In this document: positions 33,805-42,729 of the stretch, one piece after another
Layout of the letters: the number at the start of each line of letters is the position of its first letter
How positions within the stretch are numbered: the first letter of the stretch is position 1
Assembly (NCBI GenBank): GCA_963708795.1
Contig: CAVPUH010000006.1
Span: 34,705 to 98,704, forward strand
Length of the DNA: 64,000 nucleotides
Reading direction: 5' to 3'
Source: an uncultured Actinomycetota bacterium
Lineage (GTDB): Bacteria; Actinomycetota; Actinomycetes; Propionibacteriales; DAIQRJ01
Notes under the pieces: model-generated
The model's database searches: none
Told to the model about the DNA's origin: nothing
Seen by the model: the letters and a program-made list of their open reading frames with translations, nothing else
Made by a program: the position numbers and the translations under genes

Positions 33805-35034
33805 GTGCCCGCACCGGAGAGCCTCGCGCCGCTGCGGGACTCCCGGTTCCGCTGGTTGTTCGTGGGCCGCACGGTGTCCCTGCTCGGGTCGTCCCTGGTC
33901 AGCGTCGCCCTTGCGTTCGCCGTGCTCGACATCTCGAACTCGGCCGGAGCGCTCGGCAAGGTCCTGGCCGCGCGCAGCATCCCGCTGGTGCTGTTCATGC
34001 TGATCGGCGGGGTGATCGCCGACCGGTTCGCTCGCGGCCGCGTCCTCCAGGTCTCACATCTCGCCTCGGGTCTCACGCAGGCGATCGCCGCGACGCTGTT
34101 CATCACCGGGCACGCAACCATCACCAACATCGTCGTGATCGAGGCGGTGAACGGCATGGTCAGCGCATTCACCATGCCGGCGTTGCAGGGCGTGATCCCG
34201 AGCGTGGTCGACAGATCACTGCTGCAGCAGGCCAACGCGATGTTCTCGTTCTCACGCGGAGTGGCGTCGATCGCGGGACCGAGCCTGTCCGCCCTCATGG
34301 TGATCACCGTGGGTGCCGGCTGGGCACTGGCGGCCGATGCGTTGAGCTACCTGATCGCGGCGTTCTGCATGGGCCGGTTGCGGATCCCGCCCGTCGTCCG
34401 CGCCGCGTCGAGCACGATGCTGCACGAGCTGAAAGTCGGCTGGCGCGAGTTCGCCGGACGTGAGTGGACCTGGGTGGTCGTGCTCGCCTTCAGCGTGCTG
34501 AACGCTCTCCAGTCGCTGGCCTGGATCACGCTCGGCCCGGTCATCGCGAAGGACACGATCGGACCTGGCGCCTGGGGCCTGGTGCTGAGCGCGGGCACCG
34601 TCGGGTTCTTCGTGATGACGCTGCTCCTGCTCAGGGTTCAGCTGCGATATCCGCTCCGGGCCGGGATGATCGGGGTCGCGGCCCTCGCCCTGCCGATCGC
34701 CATGCTCGGGATCTCACCTGCGCTCCTGCCGCTCGTGGCTGCCTCGTTCGTGTCCGGCGCCGGTACCGAGGTCTTCAACATCGGCTGGCAGACGGCCCTG
34801 CAGGAGCACATCCCTCCTGAGGTGTTGTCCCGGGTGGCGTCGTATGACTCGCTCGGTTCGTTCGTCGCGATTCCCCTCGGCCAGTTGCTCGCCGGCCCGG
34901 CCGCCGCGGCGTTCGGCACCACCACCGTGGTGGTGGCCAGTGGGGTGCTCTACCTCGTGGTCGCGGCGGCGACCCTGCTGTCGCGTTCGGTGCGCCAACT
35001 GGGGCGTGTCGAGCGACCCCCGGCCACCGCCTGA
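33805..35034 (+). CDS. MFS transporter
   Basis: ORF 33805..35034 (GTG). About 12 TM segments and an N-terminal RFRWLFVGRTVSLLGSS typical of EntS-like MFS. Only 21 bp separate it from the divergent LLM start. Confidence 0.85.
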   Translation: MPAPESLAPLRDSRFRWLFVGRTVSLLGSSLVSVALAFAVLDISNSAGALGKVLAARSIPLVLFMLIGGVIADRFARGRVLQVSHLASGLTQAIAATLFITGHATITNIVVIEAVNGMVSAFTMPALQGVIPSVVDRSLLQQANAMFSFSRGVASIAGPSLSALMVITVGAGWALAADALSYLIAAFCMGRLRIPPVVRAASSTMLHELKVGWREFAGREWTWVVVLAFSVLNALQSLAWITLGPVIAKDTIGPGAWGLVLSAGTVGFFVMTLLLLRVQLRYPLRAGMIGVAALALPIAMLGISPALLPLVAASFVSGAGTEVFNIGWQTALQEHIPPEVLSRVASYDSLGSFVAIPLGQLLAGPAAAAFGTTTVVVASGVLYLVVAAATLLSRSVRQLGRVERPPATA

Positions 35035-35041
35035 CCGTCGT

Positions 35042-35928
35042 TCACTCCAGACCTTGGTCCCCGAGACACTGTTCGCCGAGGCGCAGGTGCAGGTCGATGA
35101 CGTCGGTATCACCGGCCCGAATGACCCAGTGCAGCATGGTCAGCGTCCAGTGCGCCCAGTAGAGCTGCAATGTCTGGGGATCCGTCGAGGACTGCAGGAC
35201 GCCGGCCAGGCGCGTGAGCGCGGAAGGCTGGATGCGGTGCCGCCCCCCGTCGGGCGCGCTTGCGTCCCAGGTCAGGTCGAAGTACAGCTTGACCAGCGCG
35301 AAGTCGACGATCCCCACGGTGGAGACCGTTGTTCCAGTCGACGATGCCGGAGATCGTGCCGTCGGCGGCGAACAGGACGTTGGGCACGGTGAAGTCGGGG
35401 TGGACCACGTCCGCGCCCGACATCTCGTTCGGTTCCCGCGAGCCGATCGCGCGGATCCGGCGGAGCAGCCGTCGGCTGCGGTCGCTGTACTGCTCGAGGG
35501 TCTCGTGCCGCGGGAAGACCGGTCCGCTCTCGTCGAGGTAAAGGCGGGGGATTGGCACGTCCGACCTGCCCGCGAGCCGAGCGGCGAAGCGGTCGTTCGC
35601 GGCTACCAAGGCGTCGATGACGTCGGCGTCCACGCGTTCGGCGGGACGGCCCGGCAGACGTTCCTGCACGACCGCGACGACGTCGTCGCCCAGGTCGACG
35701 ACCAGTTCGTGACGAGGAACCGGAATCCCCTGTGCACGCAGGACTTCGAGGATCTCCGCGGTGCGTCGCATCGACGCAGACGGGACCATCGCGAGGGTGA
35801 CGACGCTGCGTCGTCCGTCCGGCCAGGCGACGAAGGCGGCACCCGCCGTCTCGCCCGCGTCGGCGGCGCCGAGGAACAGTCAGCCCAGCAGTCGACCGCA
35901 GGTTGACCTGCTCGACCCGCCGCCGCAT
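35042..35928 (-). pseudogene. aminoglycoside/choline-kinase-type phosphotransferase (APH family), frame breaks near 35880 and 35320
   Basis: ATG 35928 gives MRRRVEQVNLRSTAGL, followed by LFLGAADAG..AFVAWPDGRRSVVTLAMVPS... Motifs HPDFTVPNVLF and GIVD(W/F). C-terminal part in ORF 35042..35317. Confidence 0.65.
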
Positions 35929-36037
35929 GCCCGAGTCGGTGGCGCTGGTCGGGGGCACCCGGGCAGTATGACCGACATGCCGACGATGCCGATCTCGCTG
36001 TTTCGCCGGCCCGGTGTCACTTGGCTGGGGGAGTGAC

Positions 36038-36552
36038 GTGCCGGTCACCAACCCGTGGCTGTCCGGGCCGGTTCCGGAGCGGCGGCTGGAGCGCACCGAC
36101 CTCGAGGATCGGATTCTCAACCTGCTGTCCAGCCACAACATGTGCGTTCTCGCCACCAGTGGCACGGATGGTCCGCTCGCCACGCCCGTGCGCTACTTCC
36201 ATCTGGATTTCGCCGTCATGTTCACGGCCGATCCAGCGTCGCCGAAGATGCGCAACCTTTGCGACGATCCGCGAGCCTCGATCGGCGTCTTCGCGCCACT
36301 GGTGGGCCAGGCGAGCAGTCGCGGTGCGCAGCTGTTCGGCCGGGCTCGGGTTCTGTCCGAGGCGGATGCCGACTTCGCCTCTACTGGCCCGCGTTCCGGT
36401 GGCAATCTGATCATGTCGAGCGCTCGCGGAGCATTGCCGCACCACCGTCGGGACCGTTGGTCGTCGTCGAGGCCGATCGGATCGTCTACACCGAGCACTG
36501 GCTTCGCCGCTCCGGTTTCGCGCCACGGCAGTTCTGGCGACGCGCCGATTGA
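36038..36552 (+). pseudogene. pyridoxamine 5'-phosphate oxidase family protein, frame break near 36380
   Basis: GTG 36038 follows GGGGGAG. ..NMCVLATSGTDGPLATPVRYF.. (ORF 36014..) is followed by ..YWPAFRWQSDHV..VVVEADRIVYTEHW.. (ORF 36055..36552). Confidence 0.6.
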
Positions 36553-36638
36553 CGCTTCGGAGCGCAAAGGCACGGCCCACCCCGGTCATGGTGCGCGATT
36601 TCGTGGCTGGCGGTCGATTCGCTCGATAGCGTTTCGTC

Positions 36639-37466
36639 ATGATCGGCGACCTGCCCGCAGCACCGACAGCGCTGGACGATTACCTGTTCGACCTGCGCGG
36701 TTACCTGATCCTCGAACACGCGCTCGAGCCTGATCTCGTCGACGACCTCAACGACGCCTTCGACAGCCTCCCGTCGATCGAGCCGCAGGGTTGGTGGGGG
36801 AACGTCCAACGCATCGACGAGAAGATCGAGGGACAGGACCTCGCGCTCGACATCCAGAACATCGTCGAAGCCGGTGAGCCGTTCGAGCGACTGATCGATC
36901 ATCCGTCCTGGATCGCCTACGCCCAGCGGTACGTGGGGGAGGCCGATTCCTACGTCGAGGGCCTGTACATCGACGAGTGCTTCGCGACGATCCGAAGGGC
37001 CGGCGGCTATTCGCCGCCGCACTCCGGCGGCTACCGGGGTGCGGTGCGAGGGCAGTATCGCTTCAAGGACGGCGTGTTCCGCTGTGGACAGCTCAACGTG
37101 CTGATGGCGCTCACGGACATCGGGCCGGGCGACGGCGGCACGGTGATCGTCCCGGGCAGCCACAAGTCGAACTTCGAGCATCCGCAGTTCGCCGACTTTC
37201 AGACCGAGAACCGAGGTTCGATGCAGGACATGGCCGGCTCGTTCGAGGTCACCATGAACAAGGGGGATGCACTGCTCTTCTGTGACGGGCTCTCGCATGG
37301 GGCGACGGCGCGTACCAATCCCGGCGAGCGGCGCGTGGTGATCTACCGGTACGGGCCGTCGTGGGGTGCGAACCGTCGGGGCTATCACTCGTCCGACGAG
37401 CTCCTCGCCCGGCTGACTCCGGCACGTCGTCGCATCCTCCAACCGATCGAGCCTCGACACGGCTGA
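36639..37466 (+). CDS. phytanoyl-CoA dioxygenase (PhyH) family Fe(II)/2-oxoglutarate oxygenase
   Basis: ORF 36639..37466. GGTVIVPGSHKSNFEHP and ..LFCDGLSHGA.. motifs. Confidence 0.7.
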   Translation: MIGDLPAAPTALDDYLFDLRGYLILEHALEPDLVDDLNDAFDSLPSIEPQGWWGNVQRIDEKIEGQDLALDIQNIVEAGEPFERLIDHPSWIAYAQRYVGEADSYVEGLYIDECFATIRRAGGYSPPHSGGYRGAVRGQYRFKDGVFRCGQLNVLMALTDIGPGDGGTVIVPGSHKSNFEHPQFADFQTENRGSMQDMAGSFEVTMNKGDALLFCDGLSHGATARTNPGERRVVIYRYGPSWGANRRGYHSSDELLARLTPARRRILQPIEPRHG

Positions 37467-37488
37467 CGGTCCCGGACGGGCCGTGGTC

Positions 37489-38267
37489 TCACCCAGCCCG
37501 TGCCTCGAGTGCGTCGAGGTCCCGCTCGGCGTACAACCGGTGCTCCCACTCCTCGTTGAGGACGATCGACAGGCATTCGCGAACCGGGTACGACCGAGGC
37601 TCCGGCCAGCCCGGGCCCTCGATCGGTGTCGTCGACCCGCTGAGCACCTCGTCGGTCAGGCCATCGAGCAGCGTGCGGACGCCGTCCATGCGGCTCCGAC
37701 GCAGAGCGACGAGGTCGTCGAGCGACGGTTGCACGTCACGGTCGCGGGGGACACCTGCCGTGTCGGGCATCTCGTCCCACGGGAGGTCGAGCGCATCCCA
37801 GGGCGCAGGATCGCCGAGTATCGCCCGCCGGACCCAGGAATCGGTGGCGAACACGAGATGTCGCATGCGTCTCGATGAACGTCCACTCGCCAGCCGACCG
37901 ACTCGTGCAACAGCGCCGGTTCCAGGCCCCTCGCCCGAGTGACCGTGCCGTCCCACAGCCGCTCGACGACGTCCCAAGCCTCCCGGAATCCGGCCGCGTC
38001 GACGGGTCGCATCTTCGACCGTTCCGGATGCCGCCGATCGAGTTCCGCCTCGACCAACGGCCCGATGTCCACCCCGTTGACGACGACGTTCTGGAGCTCG
38101 CCGTAGATGTCGACACCGATCAGCTCGACTCCGCGCATGACCACATTGCACAGGTAGGCAGCGCGAAACCGGGCATTCGAGAGGTCGACCTGGAGGAACT
38201 CGGCGTGGCTGAGATCGACCTTGTCGAACGTCGAACCGTGGAGATCTGTGTCGGTGAAGTCGGCCAT
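37489..38267 (-). pseudogene. pentapeptide-repeat + DinB-domain protein, two frame breaks near 37870-37900
   Basis: ATG 38267 gives MADFTDTDLHGSTFDKVDLSHAEFLQVDLSNARFRAAYL (pentapeptide repeats). Then comes GEWTFIET in a third frame, then RHLVFATDSW...NEEWEHRLYAERDL (DinB) in ORF 37489... Confidence 0.7.
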
Positions 38268-38339
38268 GAAGCGACGCTAACGGTCGAACCGGACGATTCG
38301 CGTCCTCCACAGCCGGCCTGCCATCGACGTTGACATTCA

Positions 38340-38400
38340 TGCAACTGATGGTTGCACTATCCGTGATCGTGGGTTAGCGTTATACGCAACCAATCGTTGC
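38340..38400. promoter_or_regulatory. two inverted repeats TGCAAC-N5-GTTGCA and GCAAC-N5-GTTGC (candidate ArsR operators)
   Basis: The repeats are at 38340-38356 and 38386-38400, in the divergent region upstream of the SRPBCC-ArsR-SRPBCC genes. AGGAGG at 38401-38406 precedes ATG 38412. Confidence 0.45.
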
Positions 38401-38411
38401 AGGAGGATGAC

Positions 38412-38926
38412 ATGGAGTTCGGAACCATCGAGCGCGAGATCTTCGTCGGCGCATCGCCAGAGATCGTCTTCGAGGTCGTCAGCAGCCCCGACCACCTGAA
38501 GCAGTGGTGGCCCGATGACGCGCGGTACGAACCGACGGCCGGATCGACGGGGAGATCGTCTTCGGCGACCGTGATGCCGACGGGACGGTCGAGCAGTTCA
38601 CGGTCGTCGACGCCCGACCGCCCCGCACGTTCGCCTTTCGCTGGACCCATCCGGCCGACGTTCCGGCGGCCGTCGGGAACTCGCTGCTCGTCACCTTCGA
38701 CCTCGCTCCGTCAGGTGGCGGAACGCTGCTCAAGATGACGGAGACCGGCTTTCGCGAGATGGGCTGGGAGGTCGCCACCCTCGAGGAGCAGTACGAGGCG
38801 CACGTCACGGGCTGGAACTACTACCTCCCACGGCTGGCGCCATACGTCGCCACCCTGGCCACGCGCACCGTGAAGACGGCGACCGGGCGAGACCGTCGAC
38901 GACGAGCTGTGGTCCGCCATCGGTGA
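38412..38926 (+). pseudogene. SRPBCC (AHSA1-like) family protein, frame break near 38530, 3' end unresolved
   Basis: MEFGTIEREIFVGASPEIVFEVVSSPDHLKQWWP.. is followed by ..GEIVFGDRDADGTVEQFTVVDARPPRTFAFRW..MTETGFREMGWEV.. in another frame (ORF 38735..38926). Confidence 0.7.
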
Positions 38927-39230
38927 TCCGACGCGTCGTCGCATGCTCGACCTGCTGCTGATCGACGGCAACGGCACCGCGACCACGCTCGGTCAGCAAC
39001 TGCCGATCACACGCCAGGCGGTGGCGAAGCATCTCGGCGTCCTCGACCGCGCGGGACTGGTGACAGCGACGCCGGCAGGCCGGGAGAGGCGATACCGGGT
39101 GGACGACGCGCAACTCGCCCGCGCCGCTGCCCAGCTGTCCACCGTCGGATCGACGTGGGACGCCCGACTGCAGCGCATCAAGCGGATCGCCGAGGCGATC
39201 CAGCACAACCAACCAGCACAACAGGACTGA
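38870..39230 (+). CDS. ArsR/SmtB family transcriptional regulator (start unresolved)
   Basis: ORF 38943..39230 has the HTH TTLGQQLPITRQAVAKHLGVLDRAGLV. The conserved DELWSAIGDPTRRRMLDLLL extends upstream with no start codon in that frame. GTG 38870 fits only after a 1-nt correction near 38886. Confidence 0.7.
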
Positions 39231-39251
39231 CGAGATCAAGGAGGCACGGCG

Positions 39252-39695
39252 ATGGTGGACATCCTGCACAGGGTCGGAGTCAAGACTGCGAACCCGGAAA
39301 AGGTGTACGACGCGTTGACGACGGTGGACGGCCTCGCCGCCTGGTGGACCGACGACACGACCGGTTCCGGTGGCGAGGGCGGCGAACTCGAGTTCCGGTT
39401 CCCGAACGGCGGGTTCGACATGCAGGTCGTGGAGGCACGGCCGGGTGAACGAGTGGCGTGGCGCGTGGTCGACGGGCCCGAGGAATGGGTCGGGACGTCG
39501 ATCGACTGGGACCTCCGCCAGGACGGCGAGTACACGATCGTCCTGTTCAGCCACACCGGCTGGAAGGAGCCCGTCGAGTTCATGCATCACTGCAGTACCA
39601 AGTGGGCCACGTTCCTGATGAGCCTGAAGTCGCTGGTGGAGACGGGCAGCGGCAAGCCGGCTCCCGTGGACGTCCGCATCGACAACTGGGGCTGA
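39252..39695 (+). CDS. SRPBCC family protein
   Basis: ORF 39252..39695. ..PEKVYDALTTVDGLAAWWT... is typical of AHSA1/START-like folds that follow ArsR genes. Confidence 0.8.
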   Translation: MVDILHRVGVKTANPEKVYDALTTVDGLAAWWTDDTTGSGGEGGELEFRFPNGGFDMQVVEARPGERVAWRVVDGPEEWVGTSIDWDLRQDGEYTIVLFSHTGWKEPVEFMHHCSTKWATFLMSLKSLVETGSGKPAPVDVRIDNWG

Positions 39696-39727
39696 CGTTC
39701 TCGATCAGCCACGGCCTCGCCGGCCAC

Positions 39728-40075
39728 GGAGTGGGCGTGTTGTGACGGGACACGCCGTGCGGCTGTGGCTGAGCGACCAGTCGAGGGACGAGCCGGGTGG
39801 TTGTCAGGCGGATGGTGCGGCGGGGCGCACGGTTCGCCTGACAACGGCTGGCGTTACGAGAACACCGGAACCGCTCCAGGAGCGAACGATGGACTGCCGG
39901 GGCACGGAGTGGGCGTGTTGTGACGGGACACGCCGAGAGGATGCAGCTGAGCGACCACTTGAGGGACGCGCCGGGCTCGGAGTGGGCGTGTTGTGACGGG
40001 ACACGCCGTGCGGCTGTGGCTGAGTGACCACTCCAGGGACGAGCCCGGGAAGTGTGGCACGGTTGTCAGGCCCGC
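39728..40075 (-). repeat. second cluster of the hairpin repeat family, opposite orientation, irregular spacing
   Basis: An identical 29-mer GGAGTGGGCGTGTTGTGACGGGACACGCC is at 39728-39756, 39906-39934 and 39979-40007. It is the reverse complement of the array-A core. There is also an unrelated 10-bp-stem hairpin TTGTCAGGCG..CGCCTGACAA at 39801-39844. Confidence 0.85.
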
Positions 40076-40127
40076 ACTCCAGGGGGGAGGGCTCGAGCTC
40101 CACGCTTCCCCGGGCCCCCACTCGCCA

Positions 40128-40146
40128 AACTGACATAATGTCAGTT
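40128..40146. repeat. 19-nt perfect AT-rich palindrome AACTGACATAATGTCAGTT
   Basis: Read directly from the sequence. It overlaps the stop codon (40143..40141) of the kinase remnant and abuts the repeat cluster. Confidence 0.9.
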
Positions 40147-40455
40147 ATCGGCGATCACGATCAGAGGTCCTTCGTCCGGAGTCGGGATCTCGAACTGGTC
40201 GAAGCGTCTGGCGCCACGACGATCCAGCACGGTCTCGCCGCCGGTCGCCAGATGAATCGCTGGGTCGGCGGCATGGAGGTGAGATCGCGCTCCCACATCT
40301 CCACGTCGAACGAGAGCCGGACCATGCCCTCGCGTTCCAGATTCCGCGCGTAGGTGGACTTTCCCGAACCGGGCGGGGCCGCACATGAAGACGACCCGAC
40401 TGCGGCGAAGTGGGATCCGGCGAGGCGAGCCCTCACCTCTTTCCACTCTCAACAT
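40141..40455 (-). pseudogene. P-loop kinase/AAA_33-like ATPase remnant, frame breaks near 40375 and 40267, short C-terminus
   Basis: ..RVVFMCGP changes frame to PGSGKSTYARNLEREGMVRLSFDVEMWER, then again to ..LATGGETVLDRR..stop. Only ~105 codons remain and the start (ATG 40455 or later) is uncertain. Confidence 0.45.
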
Positions 40456-40465
40456 ATAGCGGGCC

Positions 40466-40488
40466 GGGGGGCTTGCCGCAAGGCCCCC
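40466..40488 (+). promoter_or_regulatory. GC-rich imperfect palindrome resembling the rifamycin-associated element (RAE)
   Basis: GGGGGGCTTGCCGCAAGGCCCCC lies 75 nt upstream of the helR GTG. The comparison with RAE is from memory of the published inverted repeat and is not an alignment. Confidence 0.5.
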
Positions 40489-40563
40489 ACCGTGTCGCAG
40501 AATCGTCGATCGACTGCAAGACCCGCTGCCGCTGCGGGTCACAGCTCGATCGGAGTCGATGCC

Positions 40564-42726
40564 GTGAATCCCCTGTCCACCAGTGTGTTCGACCTCCCCG
40601 CCCACCTCGTCCTCAAGGCCGATCCCGCGCTGACGGGGGCCGACGAGAAGCAGTTCGCGGCCATTTCCGAGAGCCTCGAACACTCGATCGCCGACCTGTC
40701 GGACCGCCTCGACGCCGCGCGCCGCGAACCCGGTGGTGTGGACCAGCACGCGATGGATCGGGACCTGGAGATCCACCGGTTGGCCGCCAGGTTGCGCGCC
40801 CTGCGACGCTTCGGCGTCGACCTGTGCCTCGGACGGATGGTCGGCGTCGACGGCAGCAAGCCCGTCTACGTGGGACGGCTGGGCCTGAGCGACAGCGCTG
40901 GTCGCCGGTTGTTGATCGACTGGCGCTCCCCCGCTGCCGAACCCTTCTTCGGCGCCACCCACGCCGACCCGATGGGACTCTCGAGCCGCCGTCGGTACCG
41001 CTGGACGCGTGGCCGGATCACGGACTACTGGGACGAGGTCTTCAGCACCGACGGGGCGGTCGGCTACGACAGCTATCCGTCGCTGGACGACCAGTCGGCG
41101 TTCATCGCCAGCCTGGGCGCCGACCGATCGCCGCGGATGCGCGACGTGCTCGGCACCATCCAGGCCGACCAGGACGCCATCATCCGCGCCGGCTCTCGCG
41201 GCGCGCTCGTCGTCGACGGCGGGCCGGGCACCGGCAAGACGGTGGTCGCCCTGCATCGCACTGCTTATCTCCTCTACTCCGACCCACGCCTCGGTCACCG
41301 GCGAGGCGGCGTGTTGTTCGTCGGTCCGCACCAGCCCTACCTCGACTACGTCGCGGACGTCCTGCCGAGCCTCGGCGAGGAGGGCGTCCAGACCTGCACC
41401 CTGCGCGACCTGGTGCCCGAAGGAGCGTCCGCACCGCCCGACGCCGACCCGGAAGTGGCGCGGCTGAAGTCGTCGACGGACATGGTGAACGCGATCGAGC
41501 CCGCCGTCCGTCTCTATGAGGAACCACCGACCGACGGCATGGCCGTCGAGACGCCCTGGTCCGACGTCTGGGTGAGCGCCGACGATTGGGCCGAGGCGTT
41601 CGAGGCGCCCGAACCGGGCACGCCGCACAACGAAGCCCGCGACCAGGTGTGGGACGCATTGGTGGCGATCATCGCGGACAAGCACGACGAGCCCGTGCCC
41701 CAGGAGCAGCTCGACGTCGCCCTGCGCCGCGACTTCGAGTTGGTCGAGACACTCAACCGGGCATGGCCGTTGATCGAGCCGACGGACCTGGTCGGCGACC
41801 TCTGGGAGGTACCGGCGTACCTGCGTCGCTGCGCGCCCTGGCTCGGACCTGACGATGTCAGGAAGCTCCGGCGGAGCGACGGACACGCGTGGACGGTGTC
41901 CGATCTGCCGTTGCTGGATGCAGCTCGCCAGCGACTCGGCGATCCGGAGGCCTCGCGGCGCAGGCGTCGGCAGGCTGCCGTCGTCGCGGCCGAGCGCGCC
42001 CGGATGGACCGGGTGGTCGACGAACTCCTCGAGTCCGACGACACCGGCCTGATGGCACAACTCCGACAGCCGGCCCTGCGTGACGCCCTCGTCGACGACG
42101 CAGCGCTTCCCGAGGTCGATCCGGACCTGCTGGCCGGCCCGTTCGCCCACATCGTGGTGGACGAAGCACAGGAGCTGACCGACGCCGAGTGGCAGATGCT
42201 GCTGCTGCGTTGCCCATCCCGCAGCTTCACGATCGTCGGTGATCGTGCCCAGGCCAGGCACGGGTTCACCGAGTCGTGGGAAGAGCGGCTCGAGCGGATC
42301 GGTCTCGAGCGGGTCAGCCTCGCCTCACTGAGCATCAACTACCGGACGCCGGAAGAGGTCATGGCCGCAGCGGAGCCGGTCATACGAGCGGTACTGCCGG
42401 ACGCCAACGTGCCGACGTCGGTCCGACACAGCGGCGTCCCCGTCGAATACGGCTCGACCTCGGAGCTCGACTCCCTCCTCGACACGTGGCTGTCCGCGCA
42501 GGCCGAGGGGATCGCGTGCGTCGTCGCGAGCGCTTGGACGGACCCCACTCCCCCGGTCGCGTCCCGTATCCGCCGACTGACTCCGGAGCTGGCGAAGGGG
42601 CTCGAGTTCGACCTGGTGATCCTCCTCGACCCGGAGTCGTTCGGCGTGGGTATCGAGGGCGCCGTGGACCGCTACGTCGCGATGACCCGAGCGACCCAGC
42701 GGCTGGTCATCCTCACGAGCACCTGA
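40564..42726 (+). CDS. helR: HelD-family (class II, HelR-like) RNA polymerase recycling/protection ATPase
   Basis: ORF 40354..42726, with GTG 40564 downstream of the palindrome. Motifs VYVGRLGLSD..RLLIDWRSPAAEPFFGAT, Walker A GGPGTGKT, Walker B IVVDEAQELT, and C-terminal GLEFDLVIL..YVAMTRATQRL. Confidence 0.85.
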   Translation: MNPLSTSVFDLPAHLVLKADPALTGADEKQFAAISESLEHSIADLSDRLDAARREPGGVDQHAMDRDLEIHRLAARLRALRRFGVDLCLGRMVGVDGSKPVYVGRLGLSDSAGRRLLIDWRSPAAEPFFGATHADPMGLSSRRRYRWTRGRITDYWDEVFSTDGAVGYDSYPSLDDQSAFIASLGADRSPRMRDVLGTIQADQDAIIRAGSRGALVVDGGPGTGKTVVALHRTAYLLYSDPRLGHRRGGVLFVGPHQPYLDYVADVLPSLGEEGVQTCTLRDLVPEGASAPPDADPEVARLKSSTDMVNAIEPAVRLYEEPPTDGMAVETPWSDVWVSADDWAEAFEAPEPGTPHNEARDQVWDALVAIIADKHDEPVPQEQLDVALRRDFELVETLNRAWPLIEPTDLVGDLWEVPAYLRRCAPWLGPDDVRKLRRSDGHAWTVSDLPLLDAARQRLGDPEASRRRRRQAAVVAAERARMDRVVDELLESDDTGLMAQLRQPALRDALVDDAALPEVDPDLLAGPFAHIVVDEAQELTDAEWQMLLLRCPSRSFTIVGDRAQARHGFTESWEERLERIGLERVSLASLSINYRTPEEVMAAAEPVIRAVLPDANVPTSVRHSGVPVEYGSTSELDSLLDTWLSAQAEGIACVVASAWTDPTPPVASRIRRLTPELAKGLEFDLVILLDPESFGVGIEGAVDRYVAMTRATQRLVILTST

Positions 42727-42729
42727 TCG

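Noticed and set aside
25006-39727. Mobile element or genomic island bounded by the two repeat clusters
   Set aside because: There is no integrase, transposase, tRNA target or direct target-site duplication. Gene content is ordinary accessory metabolism. I kept it only as an inversion or variable-region hypothesis.
40456-42261. Upper part of the 706-aa reverse-strand ORF 40141..42261
   Set aside because: It is antisense to helR and low complexity. Only the last ~100 codons (40141-40455) carry a recognisable P-loop kinase remnant.
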